Positions 8,187-16,846 of a DNA stretch of 26,366 nt are shown piece by piece; the first letter of the stretch is position 1, and the number at the start of each line of letters is the position of its first letter. Where the stretch lies: NCBI GenBank assembly GCA_964541335.1, contig CAZIQC010000001.1, forward strand, positions 1-26,366, given 5' to 3'. The position numbers and the translations under genes were made by a program. The notes beneath the pieces were generated by a model. It was not told the origin of the DNA, made no database searches, and saw only the letters and a program-made list of their open reading frames with translations. Origin of the DNA: an uncultured Oscillospiraceae bacterium (lineage in GTDB: Bacteria; Bacillota; Clostridia; UMGS1883).

Positions 8187-8835
8187 TTCCATTTGCCGCA
8201 CCGCGCAGTGCGGCTATTGCCGCTTTGTAGGAGCTTTTGCCGAACACAGAGCTGCCCGCAACCAAAATATCCGTGCCCGCCTGTGCCGCGGCACGTGCGG
8301 TTTGCTCGTTTATGCCGCCGTCGATTTCAACGGTGGTTTTCTCGCCGCCGGGCATACGGCGCACGGCGCGCACCTTGTCAAGCACCTCGGACATAAATTT
8401 TTGCCCGCCGAAGCCCGGAACCACACTCATTATAAGAATCATATCGGCTTTACCGAGCGCGGGGCGCACAATTTCAATATCCGTTGCGGGATTTACCGCC
8501 ACGGCGGCTGTTACGCCGCAGGAATGTATTTTGTTGATTATACTGCCGAGGTCGGGGCAACATTCCGCGTGAACCGTTATTCCGTTTGCCCCGGCTTTTA
8601 CAAACGGCTCTATATACATTTGCGGGCTTTGCACCATCAAATGACAATCGAAAAACAGCTTACTGTGCGGTCGCACCGACGACACTACGCACGGACCGAG
8701 GCTTATGTTCGGTACGAATACGCCGTCCATAACGTCTATATGCACAAGATCCGCCCCGGCGGCTTCGATTTGCGCGATTTCCTCCCCAAGCTTTGAAAAA
8801 TCCGCCGAAAGTACGGACGGTGCGATTTTAACCAT
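8179..8835 (-). CDS. rpe: Ribulose-phosphate 3-epimerase
   Basis: IAPSVLSADF, HIDVMDGVFVPN, DCHLM, MSVVPGFGGQKF, IEIDGG-like VEIDGGIN. Confidence 0.97.
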   Translation of the reverse strand: MVKIAPSVLSADFSKLGEEIAQIEAAGADLVHIDVMDGVFVPNISLGPCVVSSVRPHSKLFFDCHLMVQSPQMYIEPFVKAGANGITVHAECCPDLGSIINKIHSCGVTAAVAVNPATDIEIVRPALGKADMILIMSVVPGFGGQKFMSEVLDKVRAVRRMPGGEKTTVEIDGGINEQTARAAAQAGTDILVAGSSVFGKSSYKAAIAALRGAANGNE

Positions 8836-8838
8836 AGC

Positions 8839-9729
8839 CTATCCCTTCCTTTGCCAATCTTTTATTTCGCTGAGCTTGTTGTAAAGCTCGGTATAATTTT
8901 TTAATCTGCTTTGTGCGATTAAGCCGCTTTGCATTGCTTTTTCCACGGCACAGTCCGGCTCGCCGCGATGCTTGCACGTGCGAAAGCGGCATTTGCCGTG
9001 ATACTCCCTTATCTCGGGGAAATATTGCCACAGCATATCCGCCCGAAGCGCCTGCGCCGAAAGCATTGAAAAGCCGGGTGTGTCGAACACATATCCTCCG
9101 TTAAAGGGGAAAAGCTCGGTGTGGCGGGTTGTGTGTCTGCCGCGCTCTATTTTGCTGACGCTTCCGCACTTTAAATCAATGCCCGTGATTTTTTTTATAA
9201 GGCTGGATTTACCCACACCCGAGAGCCCGGCAAAGCACACGCATTTTCCGAAAATTGCGTCACGAATTTTGTCCGTTCCTTCTCCGAGAGCGGCGCTTGC
9301 GCTTATCACGGGGTAAGCTTTTTCGTATACAGCGCAAAAATCGCGCACGTCCTCGGGGGAGGCAAGGTCTGTTTTATTAAGGCAAACCATCGCCTCTATA
9401 CCCTGACTTTCCGCCATTACAAGAAGTTTATCCGTAAGCATATAATCGGGCAGAGGACTGCGTGCGGCAACAACCAATACAAGCATATCCAGGTTGGCAA
9501 CCTCGGGGCGAATAAGCTCGTTTTTCCGCGGAAAAATTTTTACCACACTGCCGCTTTTGTCGTCGTTTAACAAAACGCTTACAATATCGCCCGGTACAGG
9601 CACGGTTTCCGTGCGCCTGAATTTGCCGCGCGCACGACACTCTATCGTTCCGTTTTCAGTGCTTACGTAATAAAAGCCGCCTATGCCCTTTGTTATAACT
9701 CCGTGCAATTCTTTTTTATCCGCAATCAA
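8839..9729 (-). CDS. rsgA: Ribosome small subunit-dependent GTPase A (RsgA/CpgA)
   Basis: OB fold (CRARGKFR), circularly permuted GTPase (NKTD, GLSGVGKSS, GRHTT, DTPG), Zn finger CRFRTCKHRGEPDC. TTG start overlaps the pknB stop (TTGA). Confidence 0.96.
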   Translation of the reverse strand: MIADKKELHGVITKGIGGFYYVSTENGTIECRARGKFRRTETVPVPGDIVSVLLNDDKSGSVVKIFPRKNELIRPEVANLDMLVLVVAARSPLPDYMLTDKLLVMAESQGIEAMVCLNKTDLASPEDVRDFCAVYEKAYPVISASAALGEGTDKIRDAIFGKCVCFAGLSGVGKSSLIKKITGIDLKCGSVSKIERGRHTTRHTELFPFNGGYVFDTPGFSMLSAQALRADMLWQYFPEIREYHGKCRFRTCKHRGEPDCAVEKAMQSGLIAQSRLKNYTELYNKLSEIKDWQRKG

Positions 9730-11633
9730 TATTTTACCTCTTTCGTTGTGATATACACACCGTCGTAATATACGTCAAGACTGAGCGTTTCAGTTGCTTC
9801 GAACGAAATGTCCGCACTACCCGTTTCGGTCGAAAAATCCTTTTCGTAAAACGTTTGTCCGTCCGCCACAAGGCGAATGTTTACCTTTTCGCGGTCGCGC
9901 GGGAGGTTGGACAGCGTGAGGTGAAGTGTTTTCTTCGTTTTTTTGCCGTCGGCGGAGGTGTCGTCATCGGGCGTTTTGCTGTCCTTTTCGCCGTTTGAAA
10001 CGTAGATATCTATTGCCGTATCCACGGGCACGGTTTCAAAGGCATCCTTACTTTGCTTAAATACCTGTCCTTTTTTGTAATCGCCGCCGGCGGACAGTAT
10101 TACCTTGCCTATTTTAAGCTTGTTTCTTTCTATCAAAACTATTGCCTCGTCGGAGGTTTTGCCGACCACATCGGGCACAACGGTGTTTTTCGTTCCCTCA
10201 GAAACGTAGAGCGTTACCTCGTCGCCCTCTGCCATTTCGGTGCCTTCGGCGGGAAGCTGCTTCACAATAAGCCCGTCGGCGTAGGTGTCACTGTCGGAAT
10301 CTTTTCTTATTACCTTAAGCCCGAGCTTTTCAAGCTTTTTCTTTACGGTGTCGAAATCCTTTCCCACGTAGTCTTCCATTTCCAAAACAACCGCACCGCT
10401 GCTGATTATAACCTTGATTTCGCGCGGGCGTTTAACATAGCTTCCGCCCTCGGGCGTTTGCGATATAACGGTGTCTTTTTCGCTTCCCGAGTGCTCGCTT
10501 CGGAGAACGGTAACGTCAAAGGTAACGTCGCCCTTTTCGGCGCGCGCCGCCTCGCGAATTGCCTCGTCGTAAGTCATTCCGACAAGGTCGGGCACTTCCA
10601 CCTCGCCGCCGCCCGAGAAGAAGAACATATACACCCCGGCAAGTATTGCTATGGCAAGTACGGTGGATATTACCGACACGAGAGCTGTCAGCCCTGTGTT
10701 TTTGCTTTTTTTCTTTTTCTTTTTTTGCACGGTGCGACGTCGAATGTTTGCTTCGCCGCCGCTCTTGCCGCCCTGCGGTGCGGCATTAAGCTCGGACGGG
10801 TGGATTGACGGATTTTGGTAAACGGATACCAAATCCTCCAAAATGTCCGCCGCGCTGTCATAGCGAAGCCGCTGTTCTTTCATCATTGCGCGCATAATTA
10901 TTGCCTCTATTCCCTGCGGAATGTCGGGATTTATCTCGCGCGGGGGAACGGGATTTTCGTTTATATGGCGCGCAATTACCGTTACGGCGTTTTCCGCGTC
11001 AAACGGCAATTTTCCGCAAAACAGCTCGTACATAACGACGCCGAGTGAATATAAATCCGTGTGATGATCGGTATAGCACCCCTTTGCCTGCTCGGGAGAG
11101 AGGTAGTAGGCACTTCCCACGGCATTTGAAAGAGAATTTACCGTGGTGTTGTTGTTTACCGCGCGCGCTATGCCGAAGTCCGCAACCTTGATTTTGCCGC
11201 CGTCGGTAATCAGTATATTTTGCGGCTTTATATCGCGGTGGACAACGTGCTTTGAATGTGCGTGCTCAAGCGCACGGCATATTTGCATCGAGAAATTTGC
11301 CGCCTCGCGCCAGCTTAAATGCCCGCCGCTTTCCTTGATATATTCTTTCAGGGTGCTTCCCTCAAGAAGCTCCATTACAATGTAATGCACGCCGTCCTCT
11401 TCGCCGACATCGTATATTTGCACAATATTCTGGTGCGAAAGCGCGGCCGCCGCCTGCGATTCCACATTAAAGCGATGAATAAATTCCTCGTTTTCTTTAA
11501 ATTCCTCGCGCAGAATTTTTACCGCAACAAAGCGGTTTAACATTCTGTCCTTTGCTTTATAAACAACGGCCATTCCGCCTTTTCCGACAAGGCTTATCAG
11601 CTCGTAACGGTTTCCCAAAACCTTTCCTTCCAT
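9726..11633 (-). CDS. pknB: PASTA-domain Ser/Thr protein kinase (PrkC/Stk1/PknB)
   Basis: GKGGMAVVY, VAVKIL, HRDIKPQN, DFGIAR, SPEQA, one TM helix, about three PASTA repeats (VPDLVG, MEDYVGK, VPDVVGK). Start moved to ATG 11633 after GGAGGG. Confidence 0.96.
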   Translation of the reverse strand: MEGKVLGNRYELISLVGKGGMAVVYKAKDRMLNRFVAVKILREEFKENEEFIHRFNVESQAAAALSHQNIVQIYDVGEEDGVHYIVMELLEGSTLKEYIKESGGHLSWREAANFSMQICRALEHAHSKHVVHRDIKPQNILITDGGKIKVADFGIARAVNNNTTVNSLSNAVGSAYYLSPEQAKGCYTDHHTDLYSLGVVMYELFCGKLPFDAENAVTVIARHINENPVPPREINPDIPQGIEAIIMRAMMKEQRLRYDSAADILEDLVSVYQNPSIHPSELNAAPQGGKSGGEANIRRRTVQKKKKKKSKNTGLTALVSVISTVLAIAILAGVYMFFFSGGGEVEVPDLVGMTYDEAIREAARAEKGDVTFDVTVLRSEHSGSEKDTVISQTPEGGSYVKRPREIKVIISSGAVVLEMEDYVGKDFDTVKKKLEKLGLKVIRKDSDSDTYADGLIVKQLPAEGTEMAEGDEVTLYVSEGTKNTVVPDVVGKTSDEAIVLIERNKLKIGKVILSAGGDYKKGQVFKQSKDAFETVPVDTAIDIYVSNGEKDSKTPDDDTSADGKKTKKTLHLTLSNLPRDREKVNIRLVADGQTFYEKDFSTETGSADISFEATETLSLDVYYDGVYITTKEVKY

Positions 11634-11644
11634 AAATACCCTCC

Positions 11645-12382
11645 TCACTGCGCTTCGGCATCCGCCAAAATAACGGATATGTTATCAATTCCGCCCGCGT
11701 CGTTCGCGGCGCTTACAAGTTTTTTCGCGCACTGCTCGCACGTATCGCCGATTGAAAGACAAAGAAGATTGTCGCTGTCTACCATATCGGTAAGTCCGTC
11801 ACTGCATATAAGCAACCTGTCGCCGGGCTTAAGCTCTATTGCATAGGTTTGCACGTCTACATATTTATCTATGCCGACGGCGCGCGTGATAACGTTTCTT
11901 TGCGGGTGCGTTTCGGCTTGCTCGGGCGTTATTGCCCCTATTTCGACCATATGCCCGACAAGGCTGTCGTCACGTGTTATTTGCAGCAGCTTTTTTTGTG
12001 CCGATATTTTATATATGCGGCTGTCGCCCACGTGTGCGGCATATGCCGCACTGCCCGCCGTTATACACACCTCCGCGGTTGTGCCCATTCCGCGGAGCTT
12101 TTTGTCCGCGGCGGCCATATTAAAGACAACGGTGTTTGCATAGGCTATGCTTTCGCGCAAAAGGGAAAATATTTTCCCCGGCGACATATTTTTGCAAAGA
12201 CGCTTTTTTATATATTCGCAAATGCTTTCACCCACAACGCGGCTTGCAACCTCGCCCGCACTTGCGCCGCCCATACCGTCCGCCAAAATGAGGACGGCAC
12301 AGCCCGCCTTTTCGAATACGGTTACATAGTCTTCGTTAGAGGAGCGCACCTTGCCCTTGTCCGATATTGCATAAAAGTCCAT
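11645..12382 (-). CDS. stp: PP2C-family Ser/Thr phosphatase (PrpC/Stp1)
   Basis: GKVRSSNED, LADGMGG, HVGDSR, RNVITRAVG, CSDGL, GGIDNIS. Start moved to ATG 12382, just after the rlmN stop. Confidence 0.95.
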   Translation of the reverse strand: MDFYAISDKGKVRSSNEDYVTVFEKAGCAVLILADGMGGASAGEVASRVVGESICEYIKKRLCKNMSPGKIFSLLRESIAYANTVVFNMAAADKKLRGMGTTAEVCITAGSAAYAAHVGDSRIYKISAQKKLLQITRDDSLVGHMVEIGAITPEQAETHPQRNVITRAVGIDKYVDVQTYAIELKPGDRLLICSDGLTDMVDSDNLLCLSIGDTCEQCAKKLVSAANDAGGIDNISVILADAEAQ

Positions 12383-12383
12383 A

Positions 12384-13442
12384 TCACCCTTCACCTCCGT
12401 GCAACGCATTTGTCATTGTTTGCGGATTTGCCGTCTTGTTCCTGAGCTGACCGCAGGACGCGTCAATATCCGGCCCCAGCTCGCGACGAAGCGTTGCGTT
12501 GATTTTCATATTCTTAAGAGCTTGCATAAATTTGTTTGTTTCATATATGCTTGTTCGCACGTTTCCCCTTTCCGCCACGGGATTGACGGGGATAACGTTT
12601 ACGTGGCAGTTCTTGCCCGAAAGCAGATGTGCCAATGCGGCGGCATCCTTCTCTGAGGCGTTTTTGCCCTTTACCAGTGCATATTCAAAGGTTATTCGCC
12701 GATGTGTTTTATCGTAGAAAAAATCGCACGCACGCATAATTTCGTCTATGGTAAAGCGTTTTGCCACGGGCATTATGGCGCGGCGCGCCTCGTCCGTGGG
12801 GGCGTGAAGCGATACCGCCAAATTGATACTCGGCGCGTCGGTCGCCAGGGCACGGATTTTATCCGCCAAGCCGCAGGTTGACAGCGTGATGTGGCGCATA
12901 CCGATGTTTGCGCCGCGCTCGTCGTTAATGTTGTGCAAAAACCGAATTACGTTATCGTAATTGTCGAGCGGCTCGCCTATGCCCATTATAACGATGTTCG
13001 ATATGCGAGTACCCAAATCGCGCGCCGCACGAAGCACCTGCCCCTCTATTTCAAAGGGAGAAAGATTTCGCACCAAGCCGCCGAGGGTGGACGCGCAAAA
13101 GCTGCACCCCATTCTGCACCCGACCTGACTTGATACGCAAATGCTCTTTCCGTGCTTGTAATCCATAACAACCGTTTCCACGGTGTTGTTGTCTTGCATT
13201 CGCATAAGATATTTTACGGTGTTGTCCGTCCGCGATACTTGCTTTTTGCATATTTGCGGCAAGAACACGTCAAAATCCTCTTGTATGCGTGCACGCACCC
13301 TTTTGGAAAGGTCGGTCATTTCGTCACAGCTTTGCGCGCCGCCGTGCACCCATTTAAAAATCTGCCGTGCGCGGAAAGCGTTTTCTCCGATTTTTAAAAC
13401 ATATTGCTCCAATTCGGAAAAGCTTAAATCGCCTATGTTCAA
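12384..13442 (-). CDS. rlmN: Dual-specificity 23S rRNA A2503 / tRNA A37 C2-methyltransferase RlmN
   Basis: Radical SAM motif CRMGCSFC, MGIGEP, catalytic DIDASCGQL. TTG start. Confidence 0.95.
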   Translation of the reverse strand: MNIGDLSFSELEQYVLKIGENAFRARQIFKWVHGGAQSCDEMTDLSKRVRARIQEDFDVFLPQICKKQVSRTDNTVKYLMRMQDNNTVETVVMDYKHGKSICVSSQVGCRMGCSFCASTLGGLVRNLSPFEIEGQVLRAARDLGTRISNIVIMGIGEPLDNYDNVIRFLHNINDERGANIGMRHITLSTCGLADKIRALATDAPSINLAVSLHAPTDEARRAIMPVAKRFTIDEIMRACDFFYDKTHRRITFEYALVKGKNASEKDAAALAHLLSGKNCHVNVIPVNPVAERGNVRTSIYETNKFMQALKNMKINATLRRELGPDIDASCGQLRNKTANPQTMTNALHGGEG

Positions 13443-13445
13443 AAT

Positions 13446-14708
13446 TTACACCCTTTCAAACGCCGCGCGGAAAAACCCGTCCGTGCCGTCCTTTCCGCAC
13501 AAAAGCTGTGTTCCCGCGGGCGCACACGATGCCGTGATTTTAAAATCGTGATGATTGTTTAAAAACCACCGCACGTTGTCTTCGTTTTCTTCTTTGTTTA
13601 TCGTACACGTGGAATATACCAGTATGCCGCCCTTTTTTACGTATTGTGCCGCATTTTCGAAAATTTTTCGTTGCAGGGCGGCAAGAGAGGTCGTGTCCGA
13701 ATGTTCCTTGCTCCATTTTATGTCGGGCTTTCTGCGTATTATGCCAAGCCCGGAGCAGGGAACGTCCGCCAATACGTAATCGAACGTATTTACAAAATCC
13801 GCATTGAGGATTGCCGCGTCGTTTTCTTTTACGGCGGCGTTTTTTACGCCGAGCCTGTCAAAATTCTTTTGCATAAGCAAAAGCTTGTGCGTATGTATGT
13901 CACAGCTTACGATTTCGCCGGTATTTTCGACAAGTGCCGCCATATATGCACTTTTACCGCCGGGTGCGGCGCACAGGTCCAAAATTCTGTCCCCTTTTTT
14001 CGGCGGGGGAGAGAGCACGGCTCTTTGCGAAGCCGCGTCTTGTACGGCTACAAGCCCGAGCGAGTATTCCTTTGTGCTCTCACAGCTTCCGACGCCGTTG
14101 TAAATGTATGCGTCGGGCGCGGTATCGATTTTCACGAACGAATTCGACAAAGAGCCGCTTTTAAGCGTATTTTTCCGCACAACGGTTTGCGGCGCGGTGT
14201 TTACCGCGGCAAAAAGCTCCTCTCCGTAGCCGTCGCGCGCCCACAGCTTTACAAGCCACAGCGGCAAAGAATATTTTACGGAAAAATATTCCTCGCTTCC
14301 TTTTTCGGGGAGAAAATCCCCGCAGGATATTGCTTTTCTCAGCACGGCGTTCACATAGCCCGCCGATGATGAGTGACCGTATCTTTTCGCAAGGCGCACA
14401 CATTCGTTTACCGTTGCGCTCGGCGGAATTTTATCGAGAAATTTCAAGGAATATATGCCTATGCGCAAAATGTTGTGAATCCACACCGAAAGCTTTTTTA
14501 TTTTTATCGAGGAAATGTTTTTAATAATGTTATCTATATAAAGCTTGTTTTTTACAACGCCGTTGCAAAGCTCCGTTGCAAGTGCGGCGTCGCGCGGGTC
14601 GGAAACCGTGCGCAGCCTTTCTCTTACGGCAAGGTTTAAATAGGCGCCGTCCCTTTCATAGGCAACAAGCGTTAAAAGTGCGACCTCGCGCGGCTTTGAC
14701 AGTGCCAT
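13446..14708 (-). CDS. rsmB: 16S rRNA m5C967 methyltransferase RsmB (Sun)
   Basis: N-terminal NusB-like domain, DLCAAPGGKS, ADVPCSGLG, YSTCT. Confidence 0.95.
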   Translation of the reverse strand: MALSKPREVALLTLVAYERDGAYLNLAVRERLRTVSDPRDAALATELCNGVVKNKLYIDNIIKNISSIKIKKLSVWIHNILRIGIYSLKFLDKIPPSATVNECVRLAKRYGHSSSAGYVNAVLRKAISCGDFLPEKGSEEYFSVKYSLPLWLVKLWARDGYGEELFAAVNTAPQTVVRKNTLKSGSLSNSFVKIDTAPDAYIYNGVGSCESTKEYSLGLVAVQDAASQRAVLSPPPKKGDRILDLCAAPGGKSAYMAALVENTGEIVSCDIHTHKLLLMQKNFDRLGVKNAAVKENDAAILNADFVNTFDYVLADVPCSGLGIIRRKPDIKWSKEHSDTTSLAALQRKIFENAAQYVKKGGILVYSTCTINKEENEDNVRWFLNNHHDFKITASCAPAGTQLLCGKDGTDGFFRAAFERV

Positions 14709-15421
14709 CAGTCGTCACGCCTTCTTCCGCCGACAAGCATTAAAAAGCGCAATAAATTCGCTACCGACACAGCCGCCGCGGCAACATAGGTCATTGCCGC
14801 CGCCGTAAGTACCTTTTTTACGGCGGGCACCTCGTCGCTTTCGAGATACATTCCCTCCGAAAGAATTTTTATCGCTCTTGCCGAGGCATTAAGCTCCACG
14901 GGAAGCGTTACTATTTGAAACAGCACCGCCGCCGCAAAAAACCACAAGCCGCCGTAAAGAAAAGCGTCGCTCACAATTCCCATTCCCGAAAGCAAAAGCC
15001 CTATCATAATAAGGTACGGTCCGGCCACCGAGCCGAAGCTTGCCACGGGAACGATGGCGTTCCTTATTTTTATCGGCACATAACCCACGGCGTGCTGAAC
15101 GGCGTGCCCCGCTTCGTGCGCGGCAACGCCCACCGCCGCCACGGAGGAAGAGCCGCGAACCGTGTCCGACAGGCGAATTACGTTGCTTTTCGGGTCGTAA
15201 TGGTCGGTAAGCTTGCCCGAAACCGATTCAATGCGAACGTTATCGAGCCCGTTTGCGTCCAGAATGCTTCTTGCCGCCGCCTCCGCCGTAAGGTTGCGCC
15301 CCGTAAGCATTGACGAATATTTTTTGAACGTGGAATTTACCCTTACTTGCGCAATTACGGAAATAAGCGCCGCAATAAGCACAAGCACATAGCCCGTGTC
15401 CGTCATACCGTAATACAGCAT
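14708..15421 (-). CDS. Putative neutral zinc metallopeptidase, membrane-associated (YugP-like)
   Basis: LTDHYDP, AAHEAGHAVQH (HExxH), TLPVELNASARA, AAAMTYVAA; several hydrophobic segments. Confidence 0.9.
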   Translation of the reverse strand: MLYYGMTDTGYVLVLIAALISVIAQVRVNSTFKKYSSMLTGRNLTAEAAARSILDANGLDNVRIESVSGKLTDHYDPKSNVIRLSDTVRGSSSVAAVGVAAHEAGHAVQHAVGYVPIKIRNAIVPVASFGSVAGPYLIMIGLLLSGMGIVSDAFLYGGLWFFAAAVLFQIVTLPVELNASARAIKILSEGMYLESDEVPAVKKVLTAAAMTYVAAAAVSVANLLRFLMLVGGRRRDD

Positions 15422-15426
15422 TTAAT

Positions 15427-16356
15427 TCATCCTTTCTTAAAAAACATTCCTTTTTCCACATTGTGACCGCGCAAAAACTCGGCGGCGGTCATTTTCTTTT
15501 TTCCCTCTATTTTTATGGCTGAAAAGCTCACGGCACCGCTTCGGCAGGCAACCGCGATTTCGCCGTTTTCCGCCTTTAAAATTTCGCCGGGAGTGCCCGT
15601 GCCCTCGCAAGGGCGCGCGCTGTCGAACACAGCTCTTTTTCCGTTTATGAAGCTGTAGGTCATAGGCCACGGGTTAAACGCGCGAATTTTGTTCAAAACG
15701 GCTTGAGCGCTTTCGTTCCAGTCGATTTCGCCCTCCGCTTTTTTTATCGGCGGGGCATAGGTTGCGTCGGCATTGCTTTGCGCTGTGCGCGGCGCGCTGT
15801 TGTTAAACAGTGCGTCAAGCGTTTGCACGAGCAACTCCCCGCCGAGCGGGGCAAGTATGTCGTACAGCTCGCCGCCCGTCATATCGGGCGGAATTTCGAC
15901 ACTGCGGTGAAAAATCATATCGCCGGTGTCAAGTCCCTTGTTCATATACATCGACGTTACGCCGCTTGTGCGCTCGCCGTTTTGCACGGCACGCTGAATG
16001 GGTGCCGCACCGCGATATGCAGGCAAAAGCGAGCCGTGAATGTTTATACACCCGTATTTCGGAAAGTCGAGAATATATTCGGGAAGAAGCTTGCCGTACG
16101 CCACAACCGCGATTACGTCCGGGCGATATTGCAAAAGGATTTCTTCCGCGGCATTGTTTTTAAGCGTTTCGGGCTGATAAACGGGAATATTTTTCGTTGC
16201 GGCATACACCTTTACGGGCGGCGGCGTAAGCTCGTAGCCGCGCCCCTTGGGCTTATCGGGCTGTGTTATAACGCACACAACCTCGTGGTGGCTTTCGCAC
16301 AGGGCTTTCAGCGATTGCAGTGCGAAATCCGGCGTTCCCATAAATAATACACGCAT
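15427..16356 (-). CDS. fmt: Methionyl-tRNA formyltransferase
   Basis: FMGTPDFA, TQPDKPKGRG, INIHGSLLPAYRGAAPIQ, GLDTGD. Confidence 0.97.
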   Translation of the reverse strand: MRVLFMGTPDFALQSLKALCESHHEVVCVITQPDKPKGRGYELTPPPVKVYAATKNIPVYQPETLKNNAAEEILLQYRPDVIAVVAYGKLLPEYILDFPKYGCINIHGSLLPAYRGAAPIQRAVQNGERTSGVTSMYMNKGLDTGDMIFHRSVEIPPDMTGGELYDILAPLGGELLVQTLDALFNNSAPRTAQSNADATYAPPIKKAEGEIDWNESAQAVLNKIRAFNPWPMTYSFINGKRAVFDSARPCEGTGTPGEILKAENGEIAVACRSGAVSFSAIKIEGKKKMTAAEFLRGHNVEKGMFFKKG

Positions 16357-16829
16357 TAGTCCTCTTCCTCTTCTTCTTCTATAAATCTTATTGCCTTTTC
16401 AACGTAAAGTATACCGTCGAGGTGGTCGCACTCGTGGCAAATGCACCGCGCGATAATTCCCTCGCCGGTGTACTCGTATTCCTTGCCGAGGCGGTCGCAC
16501 GCGCGCACGGTGGCACTTGTCGGGCGTTCAACCTCGCCGACTTTTCCAGGAACGCTCAGACACCCTTCGGGTGCGGTTTCGCTTCCGTCGGTGCGAATTA
16601 TCTCGGGGTTTACAAGCTCCAAAACGCCCTCTTCCGCGCCAAGGTCGATGACAACCGCCCGCCGCAAAATGCCGACCTGCGGCGCGGCAAGCCCCACACC
16701 GTTTGCCGAAGCAAGCGTTTCTTTCATATCATCAAGCAGTATGTGCAGCTTATCGTCGAATTTTTCCACGGGTCTGCACTTTTTTTTGAGGCACGAATCC
16801 CCGATTTCTCTTATTTTTCTCAATGCCAT
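16356..16829 (-). CDS. def: Peptide deformylase
   Basis: All three motifs present: GVGLAAPQ, EGCLS, HECDH. RBS AAGGAG. Confidence 0.97.
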   Translation of the reverse strand: MALRKIREIGDSCLKKKCRPVEKFDDKLHILLDDMKETLASANGVGLAAPQVGILRRAVVIDLGAEEGVLELVNPEIIRTDGSETAPEGCLSVPGKVGEVERPTSATVRACDRLGKEYEYTGEGIIARCICHECDHLDGILYVEKAIRFIEEEEEED

Positions 16830-16846
16830 AGCCGTTATCTCCTTTA

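Noticed and set aside
10700-10730. Homopolymer T runs in pknB as phase-variation sites
   Set aside because: Runs are 7 nt or shorter and encode the lysine-rich juxtamembrane segment; frame is intact.
12384-13442. Possible Cfr-type resistance methyltransferase
   Set aside because: MGIGEP motif and position in the rsmB-stp cluster indicate housekeeping RlmN.
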